Below, piece after piece: positions 9,784 to 27,275 of a stretch of DNA of 64,000 nucleotides. Both the position numbers and the translations under genes were made by a program. Under the pieces are notes generated by a model. It was not told the origin of the DNA. It did not search any database and saw only the letters and a program-made list of their open reading frames with translations. The DNA comes from Bugula neritina (lineage: Eukaryota > Animalia > Bryozoa). The stretch spans positions 3,563,751 through 3,627,750 of the forward strand of contig OZ037773.1 of assembly GCA_964035545.1 (NCBI GenBank), read 5' to 3'. The first letter of the stretch is position 1. Each line of letters starts with the position of its first letter.

Positions 9784-10350
9784 ATTGATGATGATAAGCA
9801 AATTTACCTACAAGATGAAAAAACGTTTCAGGCAACAAAACTGACTTTCCATAGGGAAGCTGATAGGGTTATTATAACCTACAATCACGAAAAACAATTT
9901 AACATTAAATCTTCTGAGTTCATAGGTGAGCTAAAGTGTTATACATACACAATACCTAATGGTGGCCCATGCTTGTATGCTAAGAAAAGTAGAGTTCTAG
10001 AAAATTTGAAGGGTCAGGCTAGTAAAATAATTGGAAAAAAGGTAAAATTCCATGGCAAAAATGAGAGCAGCCCACTCTTTGGCTTTTATGTAGATGTGGT
10101 ATGTAATTTAGAGGACAAAATGCCGCTTATATGGAAAGGTAGTTTTGTTGCCAGTTGAAGAGCTGGAGAACTTGTGCATGAAGCTTACAGCAGGTCCGGA
10201 CCTATAAAACTATATAGTAATGAATATCTCTGGGCATTAGACTTATGTGAATTTATACAGTTATAGGACCTCGGTCCTAATGAAAAAGGCTATTTTAGAG
10301 TTAATAAGCCAAATCTGAAATTCCTTTTGAATTTTTCAAGATTTTTATAA
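9784..10350 (+). pseudogene. Decayed ORF of unknown product
   Basis: About 188 codons after a TTTTAG acceptor (9782), reading IDDDKQIYLQ...LLNFSRFL*, interrupted by in-frame TGA (10156) and TAG (10264). Upstream GTATGT donor at 9657. Confidence 0.35.
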
Positions 10351-11574
10351 TGTATATTAACCATTATGATAATATTTTATATTTGTTTTTAATGGTAATA
10401 CTATATCTATAGTTATATATACTCAATACACCGTTATCTGTTCATTTTGCTGGGAATAGTTATATTAATGTTATAAATGTTATTTAAGTAATACCACAAG
10501 CCATTACAATAAACACTTCAGCTTTTGGTAGTTAGTAATCTAATAAAGACTGTTGACTATTTCTAAATGACTAGTACCACGGCTAGTCAGGGTGTAAACT
10601 GTTTTAAAACGTCCTTAAACGTGGCTTACTATACTATTAATGTGCTGCTTCAAATGATTACAAATAAAAGTTGCTAAATGATACAACCGAAATAAACGTC
10701 TTATGTGTATAATACAGTTTTTATTGTTATTCATCATGTATACCAGTTATAACATTAAGAAGACAAATCCTAACTTAATTATGTTTTCTAGGAAATTGAA
10801 ATGCATTGTATATGATTAGAAGCAGCATGATCAGCAGTGAATGTTCTAAAGCACTTAAATTAACCTTCGTTGTTGAAAGCAGACTTAAAAATCTCCAGAC
10901 TAAAGTAAGCATTGATTAGCAATCATTATAATGATTTCATGTCCAGTGCAGAGTACAGCACATCACTCGTGTGATAGGTACTATTTGCTATAATTATATT
11001 ATGCACTATTATCTACTCTGTCTTGTACGCTGCGTGACCTCCAGGACAAGAGCTGCTGTCACAAAAGTGCGAAGTTACAAAGTTAGCCTAGGGCCACACT
11101 GTGCGTATTTTCGCATGCTAACATTTAAACCACAAGTAGCAAAGGTGTCCACTGTATGCGTTGAGGAAACATTCGCACTTGTCGCTCAGCATTCAGCATT
11201 CGAATCGTCTCTGTCGTAGTCACCTAATTGGCTGGTAGTTATTTAGCGAGCCCAATTCTTTTATTTTTAAAAGCAAGTGCGATTTAAAAATGAAAGCTTT
11301 ATTTATTTCGCATCACTGATGCTACAGTGAAATTAGAAGAGTCTGTAAATTAATCTTGGCTGTCCCATGATCACATTGTCGTTAGCAGAGAATCAGTTTT
11401 AGTTACTTATATGTTGTAGTCAATAAATAGGTGTGCAAGTAATAAAGAAAATTATCCAATGAGAAAGAAGATGTAATATTATGAAAAGCTATCTACTCTT
11501 GGTATTTCAGACAATAATTACCAGTGGGAGTGTTCTTAAAAGAATTAGTAGTTATATGAATAAAATATCGCCAT

Positions 11575-11660
11575 TAGAGGGCCCAGCCAAGTTTGAAAAG
11601 CCCTTCCATCAGGGGTTTTCTCACAGGGAGGGTGACTATAAACTTGCGTGAGTTTTTTTT
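11575..11660 (+). mobile_element. SINE 3' fragment
   Basis: CCATCAGGG...GGTGACTATAAACTTGCGTGAGTTTT matches the tails of the SINE copies at 19.8 kb and 31.9 kb. Confidence 0.55.
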
Positions 11661-12688
11661 ATTAAAGGAGTAAGATATTCTATTAACATCCGGTACTGCC
11701 GATTGGGTACTGCCGATTGTTTGCAAGGTTGCTCCCTCACCTGGCCTCTCTGTTACAAATGCTGTTGTGACATTCCAAGAGCATTGAGAGCATTCTTGCA
11801 TTATGCTAGTATATATGTAAACAGCAAGCACGCATTATTACAGCTTTAATGAGAGTTTTGTAGCTATGGTAACTATTCTGTGCAGCTTGTTCTGTATTTT
11901 GTATGGCACAGCTCATGTACAGCTATTTTGGCTAAAAAATTACTTTTTAGACAATTATACAAACCCAGCTCGCTATCTCATTCATTATTTTTCATTTACG
12001 CAGTCTTTGGTGGTCAGTACATCTACTACAGCGCAGTAAATGTTATTTTCATGTAGTTTTGAATTGTGATTATAACTATAGGAAAAAGAAAATATTTAAA
12101 ATGTAATAAATTGAGAAATATTAATTTGTTACCCAATTATCTTTAGGTTGTCATAATTTTATTGATTACATATATTACCTTTGGGTGAATTTGTCACAGA
12201 TATTAAACAAAGCGACATACTTATTCATATTAATGTCAAAATTCAATATAATTATGTTTACATATAATATATAGATTTCAGAGGATGTAAATTAGTTTAG
12301 ATGTTTAGTACAGGTCGTTGGATGTTATAATTAGGCTGCTTAATTATGTCTAATTGAAAATATTGAAGTTTTAGCAAATAATACTTACTCGTTCAAATTT
12401 AATTGATGCTTTAGCAAATACATACCTACTCGTTCAAATTTAATTGAAGGTTGTGATTCATGCATTTGTTGATAAGCAATGCTATGTATATTTTTTACGC
12501 TAATTTTCCTTCAGCATTTTTTTTGAAGTAGTAAATAACTTTAGCCTCTTTCAATAACAATCAATGTTCATAATATTTCACATCAATTAGTTATACATGC
12601 TATGGTTCTACAGTCTCCTGGCTGGTGAAATTTAATCTTCCTTATAGCACAACGTTCTGACTCAACTTAAATTCAATTATTGGCATCT

Positions 12689-12747
12689 ATTCGAACCGGA
12701 GACCTCCGGCTTGCAAGCAAGTGTGCTAACCAGTACATCACAGGCCC
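12689..12747 (-). mobile_element. tRNA-derived SINE head
   Basis: Minus strand GGGCCTGTGATGTACTGGTTAGCAC...CCGGTTCGAA has A-box and B-box-like motifs but no complete acceptor stem. Confidence 0.5.
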
Positions 12748-15705
12748 ACTGGGTAATTACCATACTACAGTGCCATATGTTGTCTCCGTGTACAACCCGT
12801 AGCTGAAATGACGAAATAAAATGCTCCACTACTATAGGTGAAAGGTGAACTCTTTGGCTAAACCTCTTAATTTTTAGGTTAGGCTAGTAGGGCAGTACCT
12901 AAGTTTATATACTAGGTATAAAGAAAATTGGAACTTCAGGGGTTCGGGCAAATAAACTATTTCAGTAGTTCAAACAAAGTTTTGAAGATTAATTTGAGCA
13001 GCCAAGTTAAAAATGTCTATCTAGACTTCATTGGGGGCAACATATGGGTCATCCCTTTATCAACATGAGATTCTGTAATTATTGTTGTGCATCTTTAAAT
13101 TTATAAAACTCTTAAAATATGGATTTTTGGACCACTTATCTCCTTACATTGCCTGCAACAGCACTTTTCATCTGCTCACCAACTTAATTAGCTTCGCCAG
13201 CACACCTCTGATGGAGCTCTAAGAAACCGAGCTACATCTTGCAAGTTTTCACACTAAATTCAGCACGGGGTGGGGGGGGGGTAAATATAGAGTATTTCTA
13301 CTTGAGAGCCCTGAATACACCATTGAGATATTAGAACCTTTCTAATCATATGAATGTTTAGTATGATCCACAATGAATATATAAGTAGCTGGTAGTTCAT
13401 TTGGTAAACCACAAGAATGCTCAGCCAGCTGACAACACCGGATTACTCAGAGGTAAGCTATAAAATGTATAGTGAGTATTGTTTTGCAAGAGATATTCAG
13501 CAAGCATGCATTAGCTGGCAAATTTTCTATTAACAAATCTACAGTTTAACTGCAAACTGGAAATCCATGTTTTTCTTTAAAATGGTTTGTAGCTTGCAAT
13601 ATTATGTTGAAACTGATACTTTGGCCGTCAAGTTAAGACTTTCCAATAAATTTGTAGCGGTGTGTATATGGAAATACATTTACATAATATTATATAAAGA
13701 AGAAATACAACTATATAAGCAGTCATCATAGAGCCTTGATTAGATAGTAAGAAAAGGTATTACATGATATATAAGATATACTGATCTTGCTGTAGGCAGC
13801 TAATACCAATATGATGACGCTGCCTGTCATCCCAGGAGACAGGTTATGTTAACAGACCAAATATCAGTAAAAACAAGTAAAAGAGTTCCATGTTTGTGTG
13901 TGATTTAGGCTAGAGAATAAGGTACAGGAAGTTGTTGTTTGTGATAGTTTGAGGTGAAACAACAAAAGTAGCCAGCATAATGTAAATATAATGTGACACT
14001 ATAATATTCCAAGTATGGTATATACTACAGCATGCAACTATAGTGTCACTTTAATATATATTATATATTATTATTATATCACTAATATAATACAGTATAT
14101 ATTACAACAATTATAATGTAATATTACCCAAATAGTATATATACTACAGCTAATATAATATTATATTATAATGTTGCAAATATGATATATATTACAGCAA
14201 CCATATCGTATAATGTTACAAATACCTATAATATATATTATAATATAATTTCATCAAAGTAGTAGATAATATTACAACAATTATAATAACGGAACATCAC
14301 AAATATAATATATGTCACAGCAATTAGAATAATAACACAGTTATGGTATGTATTTTGGCAATTAAAATACAGTATTGCAAATATATTGCAATATGTAACT
14401 CAATAAATGTAATATAAGTTAACAAATTTGATAACTGGTTTCAAAATCACAGTCTAGTAAACTCCTGATCTATATCAGTTGAATGTCTGATTGGAATCAA
14501 TCCCTTTCATAAATTATATACAAAATATAATTTTTATTTAAACTTGAAGTTACCTCAAAATTAATAGAAATTGATTGATTATAGTAACATGCAGTTAGCA
14601 GCTTACATGAAAATATTAAAATATTTGCCATATCTAGCTCTCAAAAATAATTATTATAATATATTTCCCACAACATTGATATAGTTCTTTAGCAATTATT
14701 ATGATTTCCATAAAGAAAACATAAAATACAGTAAAAACTCCCTAAAATAATGGCATAAGTTGCAGGTAGCAGATGGTGCTATATAGCAGGTGCATCCTGC
14801 TGTTCTTTCCACGTAACACTTCTAATTCTTCCTAGTAAGGCATAGTATAGGTCAACAGCACTTCAAACCTGATGACCTACCTATATAATATCACTGCCTA
14901 AAGGCAGCAATCAGTGTTCCTACACATCAAGTGATATCGGCTGCTCCTATAACTGGCTCATCAAACACTTACATTCAGCTGTCTAAGCCAGAGCTTCGTA
15001 GCAATTACTCAGTGGTAATGCATTTATAAAATAGAACATTACATTGTATAAGCTGTTTCAAGTAAGTTTTAATTATTCGTCTTAAACTCATGTTAGAAAA
15101 AGTCTTAAAGCAAATAATTTACATAGCTAGAAGTAAATTGTAACAGGGATGTACTTTGGTGAATCATTAAAACTGTTTATGTTTAGTTGACGTTGCGGTA
15201 TTCTACAATATACGAGTAATAATGTTGTATGTAATAAAAAAATATTAATTGAAACCAAAACTGTTGCTATACAAAATAATGATAAGGTAAGAAATAGCTT
15301 TCTTGTACAGTCTGCAGCAAAAATAAAAGATATCATTTATATGAATTGTTATACTTCGTATTTCTGCATCTAAAGTTAACAAGAACTTTTCATACCTTTA
15401 CAGTTTTTAGGTAAAAGTTACCAGTATGCAATACCCATAATATGTTGAACATTTAATTCACATGTATTAAAACGTATTATAAGAATTATATTTTGAACAT
15501 GTCACATTGCAAATACTTCACAAATAGTTAAACACATGTACGCTTCTCCTGTCCTGAGCTTATTTGTAGCATAAAATACATTGCTATTATTTTTATTATG
15601 ACACTTTTATTGAAAGAAAAGTTAGTTGCTTAAATTAGTATTACATAAGTTTCATCATTAAAAGCTAATTGCCTGCAATTTGTTTCAGGTCCTTCTTCTA
15701 TCACA

Positions 15706-16911
15706 ATGACGGGCCTATTAGATAACACAACAGGAAATGCTACGGCGGACATATCGAACACTAACATAAGTGATATTCATCGCTTTTACTTCCTAATGAC
15801 TGGAGTTGGGGGACTACCAATATGCTGTGTTGGCATCTTATCTAATATCATAAACGTTCTGGTCTTATCCAGTATGTTGCGCCGTTACCGATGGCCGTCC
15901 ATGTACTTCCTGCTGGTTCTGGGTGTTTCCGACATGTTTGTGCTGACTTTTTACATGATCTACATCGTTGTATGTGTGTTAGCGCCAGTCCAACCTCTTC
16001 TCTTTAAGCAGGATTTCGTCAAACACGAAGGCACGTCTGCTCATATTTTCTGCTCAGTCTGGTATATTCCTGCAAATATATTTGTGACTCTCTCCAACTA
16101 CTGCATCGTGTCAATGATGGTGTTTAGATTCCTAGCAGTATACTTCCCTTTGAAAGTTAAACAATTGTGTACAGTCACTCGGGCTAAGCTCACTTTAGCT
16201 ACCATTTCAATATTTTCATTTTTTCTTGTCTTTCCGGAGTTCCTCACCCATCGGCTGAAAACTGATGCATCAACCAAAAAGATATTTCTGGAAACTCTTC
16301 CTCTTTTCTCTAACAAAAATTTCAACAAGTATTATTATGGTGTATTAGAAGCATTCAACAGTATTATACCATTCATTGCGTGCGTCTTATTGAGTGTAAT
16401 GTTAATAAAAGCTTTATACTATGCTGGTGGCTCATTAAAAGGGCAAGGACAATTAAGAAAAAATTCAAAACGAAAGGCAGAACACAGAAAAGTAACTTTA
16501 TCGTTACTGAGCATAGCTTTGCTCTTCATAGCCTGCTCTCTCCCCAGTTTTGTATGTCGAGTTGTCAAGACATTGTTACAAGGTAGCGATACATCTGGGT
16601 ACTTAACATGGGCAAAGTTCAGGGCTGTTGCCGATATATCTCTGCTGATAAACCACTCGGCTAACTTCATACTGTATGCTGCCACCAGCAGTCTCTATAG
16701 GTCAACCTGTGCAAATTTGTTTTGCTGTCGAAACCACAGAGATTTGGCTAGGCAGGCGTCAGTTGCTATGTCTCTGAGGAATACGTCCCTCAGAGAATCT
16801 GTTGGCATTAGAAATAGTCCTCCGCTATGCCATAGATATGAGAGGAGGGCAAAGATTAATGGCAGCCCTGCTAAAACGACGTACAAGGCTGTCTCAAATA
16901 ATGAAAGTTGA
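15706..16911 (+). CDS. Class A (rhodopsin-like) neuropeptide GPCR, FMRFamide/sex-peptide receptor-like
   Basis: 401 aa, single coding exon, 7 hydrophobic segments. GILSNIIN (TM1), LGVSD (TM2), FRFLAVYFPLK (DRY position), CSLP (TM6), NHSANFILY (TM7), N-terminal sequons. Splice acceptor TTTCAG just upstream of the ATG. Confidence 0.92.
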   Translation: MTGLLDNTTGNATADISNTNISDIHRFYFLMTGVGGLPICCVGILSNIINVLVLSSMLRRYRWPSMYFLLVLGVSDMFVLTFYMIYIVVCVLAPVQPLLFKQDFVKHEGTSAHIFCSVWYIPANIFVTLSNYCIVSMMVFRFLAVYFPLKVKQLCTVTRAKLTLATISIFSFFLVFPEFLTHRLKTDASTKKIFLETLPLFSNKNFNKYYYGVLEAFNSIIPFIACVLLSVMLIKALYYAGGSLKGQGQLRKNSKRKAEHRKVTLSLLSIALLFIACSLPSFVCRVVKTLLQGSDTSGYLTWAKFRAVADISLLINHSANFILYAATSSLYRSTCANLFCCRNHRDLARQASVAMSLRNTSLRESVGIRNSPPLCHRYERRAKINGSPAKTTYKAVSNNES

Positions 16912-18230
16912 AATGTTGGGGTGAAGATCTTTTATTGTTATCTTATGTCAAACTGCTGAAGTGCAGGTTGTAATAATCATGTACTAGGTAGATGTGTAAA
17001 TAAAATTATTAAATATATTTAACAGCTTTATGGTAGTACAAGTACAGCACTGTTTGTTCTTAACCAATAGATGTTCAATAACTTGTGTTGTTATATAATC
17101 AGTTATGCAAGTTATATAAGAGCCTTATTTTATATGCTAAAACAATCCTTAAAAATGTAAAAGTATTTAATATAAAATTTGTCAAAATGAGTTATAATTA
17201 TAATTAATTGATAGTATTCATGTTATGTCAGTAGAAAAGTATGTTTATGCAAAGCAGAACCAATCAAGAAGTACTTAGTACCTTTTTAGCTTTATATCTA
17301 ATTTACTATCTTTTAATTTTATTTATATGATGGATCTCTGCATATTCTCATTTAGAGGAAATGACAAAACATTGTCTGTAGTATCGTTATGCAGAATATA
17401 ATGTCTTCGATTCTTAGGGATGTTTAGCAAAGTTTATATATTTAAATGTATTATCTTTTTGCTTTTGACAAGGTCTTAGTAAATAAAGTCTGTATCAAAG
17501 TAGGCACTTTAGAAGTTTTACTACATATGTTTCTTTAAAAAGTTGGTATCTAATTAACAAAGCATTGCAAAAACAGAATTACAAAAACACAACCAATCTG
17601 TTTAAATAATCTTTAGAAATTTTTTACATGCTGTATAGATAATAATTATGTTATAATATTTTGAATGATTATATAATTGTAACATACCATAAAATATACT
17701 ATAATGCAACCAATAAATATACTAAAATATATTGAATAAATATGCTATACATAAGAAATTCAACAAATATATTATAATATATTCAATAAATTTACAACAA
17801 TATAATATATTGAATAAATAAATCAATAAACTGTTATAAACAAAACAGCTTAGAATTGTTTTACCTTTTAGAATGTATTATGTTTCTATAAACTGTTTTA
17901 TTTGAAAACTGTTGCAAGTTGACACTTACAGGCAGGCACCAGCTTTTAGTTAAATAAAATTGATTGTAATTTTAGTAACATCTCAATCTTAATTAAGAAT
18001 GTGAAACTTTTCCAAAATTTATAATATACTGCAGATAACAACAAAAGCTGGGAGAATATGTTGAATACCTAACATTTGATTAGTCATAGAAGTTTAAGCA
18101 TAAAATCAATAAACAAAAATTGCACTTCCATTAAAATAATGGTTGAGAATTCAAAGTTTTGTTTCCGTTCGTGATAGCTCACATTTATTATAAAAATGCA
18201 GCTAAAATCTTCTCCCGAGTTATTAAATAT

Positions 18231-20203
18231 TTACCGGGCAGACATTATCTTCACAAACTCTGCAAAAAAAAAATAAAACTTCATATTAATATTCTGTTAG
18301 TACAGTTGTCATGAAGTTGCCTACTCTTTGTTTATATAATATTTCATATTTACAAGAACGTTTTCATACTGCTCACAGTTTTGATGTTTGGTTTAGACAG
18401 CAGGCCTAAAAAGTTGCCACTCTGGTTTGAGAAGAGTACAGTAGATGGTTGATGCAGCAAATACCGATACATACAATCATGGTGGGTATATGCAGTCTTT
18501 AAAACACAATGGTTTTCATAGCAATCTGTTTTGTTATATTTATAATAGCTGCTTCATAAATTACAAATTATACTATGTATGCATGGATGCAATTATTTTT
18601 TAATTTTAAGTAATTTAAAAGAATAGACATCAATAATTAATTCAGGTTTCAATTTTTATTCATACAAGTATTATATTACATTCTACATAATCATGCATTG
18701 CGTTTTACATAAGCACATATTATTATAATATACATAAGAATGTACTATAAACTCACCTTCATAGTTTACAAGACCATCGCCATCAAAATCCGCTTGCTTC
18801 ATCATTTCTTTCACCTCAGCATCTGTTAGTTTCTCACCTAAGATCTTCATACCTCTGCGCAGGTCGGCTGCCGTGATATACCCGCTGCCGTCTCTATCAA
18901 ACATCTGAAATGCCTCCATTAGCTCTTTCTCTTCTCCCTCATTAGCATCCATTTTCTGCTTCATCATGGCAAGAAATTCAGGGAAATCAATAGTTCCGTT
19001 TCCTAGAAATTCGCATAGCTTAATGCATAATTTCTAAAAATGTTTTTTAATCTTGTAATACACAGCCTAGCAGCAGCAGCAGCAGTAGCAGCAGCAGTAG
19101 CAGCAGCTACTTCTCATGTAGGAACAGTGATTAGCTATCGAAATATACTGTTCATTAAAGATAATGACAGATCATAACATCGCATAGTAGTAGCAGATTT
19201 CTTTGCAGGAATTAGTACCTAGCTGCGCTATAAAACTGAACACATAAAAAATGTATTCTAATATTTTATTGTGTAAAAATACTTCAACACGTGAACTTGA
19301 ACTTTTCTAAATTTTATCGCAGTTAACAACACCACATCTATTGCAACCAGCACCATCATTATCTGCTGCAGATCATACTGCATCATGGTGCGCAGCAGAT
19401 AACACACTCATTATCAACAACAGAAAATGAAGGTGTTATCTGCAGCAGACAACAATACTGTTATTATCTGCTGCAGATAACAAGCTCACTATCTGCTGCA
19501 AGTAATATTGTCACTATTGGCTGTGGGCCGAAGCAAACTGAAGCAAGGTAAACTAAACTAAACTCTCTCACCGTTAGCGTCCACCTCATTAACCATATCT
19601 TGTAGCTCCGATTCAGAGGGGTTCTCACCCAGTGACTTCATCACAACCCCCAACTCCTTGCGGCTGATCTTCCCGTCTCCATCTTTGTCAAACAGCGAGA
19701 AAGCTGCCTCCAACTCGCTCTTTTGAGTGCTTGAAAATCCATCAGCCTTTACTCATGTAACAAGAAAATATTTCAGTACACATGACACAGTGGGGAGATA
19801 ACCTCTAGCATCAAAACACTGCAATATTTTTAATACAGACAAGAGCAGCCGTGGCCTAGGGGTTAGAGCGTTTGCTTAGTGAACATGGAGTCATGGGTTC
19901 AAACCCTGACAAAGGGCATTGGTCATGTTAGGAAGAGCATCCAGCCATAATTGCTCCTGTGCCTCATATGAATAAGTCCTTAGCCCAATTTAACAAAAAC
20001 CCTTTCCATCAGGGATAGAGACTATAAACTTGCATGAGTTTTACTATAATCCTCACCATAGTATTATCTCATATTTTATTATGTTCTATATATTATGCTC
20101 TACATAACAAAGTCACCGTACAGTATGAACTGTATGAACCATTGCTTATAATACTCAATACTACAAAGTAAATAGGAAAAGTTCTATATATTATACATAC
20201 CAT
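18231..20203 (-). CDS. Calmodulin-like protein (150 aa, 4 EF-hands), tandem paralogue of the calmodulin gene
   Basis: Exons 20203-20201 (ATG), 19746-19572, 19002-18757, 18259-18231 give [33 protein letters not shown]...[13 protein letters not shown]...[12 protein letters not shown]...[20 protein letters not shown]. Same intron positions as the neighbouring CaM gene. Confidence 0.9.
19843..20045 (+). mobile_element. tRNA-derived SINE (in intron 1 of the CaM-like gene)
   Basis: A-box-like TGGCCTAGGGGTTAG, B-box GGTTCAAACC, core TGTTAGGAAGAGCATCCAGCCATAA; tail shared with other copies. Confidence 0.75.
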
Positions 20204-20904
20204 TGCTGTAGGCCTTAGATAGTAACAGCTGCACTAGTCTCACCCCTAGAGAACTTTCTAACTTTATTCTGATAAGTGTATGACTATATTTTATTCTATT
20301 ATGAAAAAATGTTACCCAAATATTTCAAGTCAATATAGGAAAATAGCTTTTGTTGATCTATTAAAGCTAGTGACAGGAGCTGTTACTTTGAAAGTTATGA
20401 AGAGTATATTTATGATTTTTTGTCTGCCAGCCACACAAATAGTTCAATAGAATTGATTTTGTTTCGTATATCGCCAGCTGTAAAGCTATGGATTACTTAA
20501 TAGTAAAACAATAGCCGTTATTGATTTGCATTATTATAACTGTTGTCTAGACATTACTATATTAAATATGCCCATTATTTGCGAATATAGCGTTGCTTGG
20601 GATAATTTACTATGAAGAATTATTTAATCCATTTAGGGACACATTATGTAATCTTATGATGCGTTTATACTTTTGATATTTTTACATTGTTGGTGTTGAG
20701 CCGTGACTTTTATATCGAATTTAAATCAACAGTAAAAATCTATGATTTGGGTATTATAATTTTATTATAGTTCTATTTTCCCATACAAATAGATGCCACT
20801 TTGAATAGATTCAATATTATATATTCATAACAAGCTATGGTTAATTTAGAAGATATCAGACATGGAATGCTAGAGATCAATGATTGCTTTGATGTCTTGA
20901 GCTC

Positions 20905-20933
20905 TTAGCTTGCTGTCATCATCTTCACAAACT
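20905..20933 (-). CDS. CaM: Calmodulin alternative last exon C (EFVKMMTAS*)
   Basis: TTTACAG|AG TTT GTG AAG ATG ATG ACA GCA AGC TAA; phase 1; AATAAA downstream at 20766-20761. Confidence 0.8.
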
Positions 20934-21406
20934 CTGTAAATCACAGAAGAACATGAGAGTAAATCACAGAAGAACCTGAGAGTATAGGGAGATTTAACTT
21001 AAGAGTATTAGTCATAACATGGCGACCATCAAACTAAAAATTTGCAATAGATTTCATCACTAGCCATGAAATAGAAACCAAACTGTTTAAATTATATCAT
21101 CTATAACACTTTTAATTTTCCAATTTATTTTGTTATGTTCGATGTCTTAGATGAGGGAAGCTCATATAAATTTAATTAGCATACATTTAATTTAATGAAA
21201 CTCAACATGAATGGTTATGCAAATCAATTTATATATCAAACAGTAAATTTCTACAAATGCCGCAGCTTAGGCGAACACTTCAACACTTCTAAGGAAGGCA
21301 ACTTATTTTTACACAAACTATAGTGACTCCAATACATTCCGTTGACAGCAACACAATAGACAGCTTGGTGAGCAACTGATGTTTGCACCAGGTGACTGGT
21401 TTAATC

Positions 21407-21535
21407 GAATGGTTCTATAAGCAGCTCCAAGTTGCGAGTTGGGGGTGACTGAGTGCAGTAGTTTGCCACACTCCAGTCAAGAGCATAAATTGCAACTCAG
21501 AGCCCCCCAACTCGGGGGTGCTTATAGAACCATTC
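21407..21535. mobile_element. MITE-like element with 17-bp terminal inverted repeats
   Basis: GAATGGTTCTATAAGCA ... TGCTTATAGAACCATTC, with internal GAGTTGGGGG/CCCCCAACTC inverted motifs. Confidence 0.7.
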
Positions 21536-21988
21536 CATTTTGCAAGAATTTGCAGTAAGGGCTATATCAGAGTATACGTCTCATAATTTAAATCAAATCA
21601 TTGTAACAGAAACACACCAACTTGCTATGCATGATAGTATTATAATTTATTGATTGTAGCAAATAACTACATGACTCATATATTAAGAAAAAGAGCTAAG
21701 CTTTCATGGTTGAACACAAAAGATATCTTCATGTGAACCATCTACTAACTACAGTTAGTATAAGTACATATCCAAAGAAAAAGTTTACAAATATATACCA
21801 AAAAATAAAGTACATGCATACAAATTTTATGAAAAAAGAATAGTTGTAATGGAGTTAGTTAATACAGCTGCGAGGAAAATGTCCTAATGTATGATGGAGG
21901 AGTTGTCCCATTCAAAGCAAGTGCTGATAACTCTAAGCTGGTATTAGTGGTGTTACGTCACTCAACAAGGCTGATAGGTCTGCTGTTA

Positions 21989-22017
21989 TTACTTAGACAT
22001 CATCATTTTGACAAACT
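21989..22017 (-). CDS. CaM: Calmodulin alternative last exon B (EFVKMMMSK*)
   Basis: TTTGCAG|AG TTT GTC AAA ATG ATG ATG TCT AAG TAA; phase 1 matches the exon 3 donor; AATAAA downstream at 21651-21646. Confidence 0.85.
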
Positions 22018-23318
22018 CTGCAAATGGAGATTATTAGTTAGCAACGTCACACAGTCATGGGTTAGATTGTTGGGTTCGCAAGATACAAACTCAGAAACAT
22101 TAGAAATAGCTTTGGTATTGCCAGGTAACACCGCAAACAGACTAGCTGTAGTACTGCTCAGTAACACAGCAGACAGACTAGCTGTAGTACTGCTCAGTAA
22201 CATAGCAATGGTGAAATCTTCTGCTATTCAGCATTGTACAGCTTAGAAGATTTGAGATTAACCAACTGGCATACAGCTACATGCTACACTGTGGAGCAAA
22301 AAGGGCGTTTAAAAATATTTATGACGAGTTTTCCAACAAATTGTAAATTCTTTAATGCCATAAGAGTGCTGAATAACAGAAGATTTTGTGCTCACACTGC
22401 ACCATTGGCCAATGACACACCGACTAAAGAGATAACCTTAGGCACCACAAATCAGAAAGGAGCACCACAACACTTGGAGTTCATGCTTTGGACAATCAGC
22501 TATTTACAGAGAAAATTAATACTGATTGAGATTTTCATATAATAAACTATCTATTATATAATATATCACACTATATATTAATAATATATTATATGCTGTA
22601 TAATATTATTATCACTATAGGTGGCAGAACGGCAGCAATTGGGCAATAAGTCCAATGAGCAGCGTAGTGTTAGTTTAGAACATTTACAACAAACTCAACA
22701 CAGATCTGGGTTAGCAGCAGCACAACAGAAACATATCAACATAGAAGACAAGTTAGCTGTACCAACATACAAGGTTAGTGCACATGCTATGACAGGAATG
22801 GTAGAGATGGAGGAAAGAGAACATGGTGGTAAGGCAGGGTGATGGTGGTGTCTGGGCTAGACATAATTTTATTAATTTTTTCAACGTAAATCTTAATTCA
22901 ATTATCGCCAATAATTGCGGTGAAGAACTTTAAATTTTCATTTTAGTACATTTGAGCAGATGGCCATTACTACATTTAGTTAGGATGCTGTGCATGTTTA
23001 GTTATACTGTATATAGTTACAGCAAACAGAGAGTTATTCCAATACTGGAATTAACACCAGAATTCGACAGGGGAAAAGATGGAGAGATTGGGAAGACAAC
23101 CCCAAGTGATAAATTGTATAGCTGATTTGATGATGCAACCACAACAACATTTAGTAATGATAAAATTTGTGAAATTTGCATTGTATAGCCTGCGACAATG
23201 ACAGAAGTGAAGAGGGTGGGGTAAGCGAGAGCGTTGGCTAGATGACAGCATGCAGCAGCAGGAACTAGGTCTAGGCAAGTTACCTAAAGACAGTGTAGAC
23301 TGTAGCAGCACGTGCCTA

Positions 23319-27275
<3,957 letters not shown>

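Noticed and set aside
19843-19910. Possible tRNA genes (also 12689-12747 and 31906-31975)
   Set aside because: A/B boxes are present but there is no complete cloverleaf, and two of them continue into a shared SINE body.
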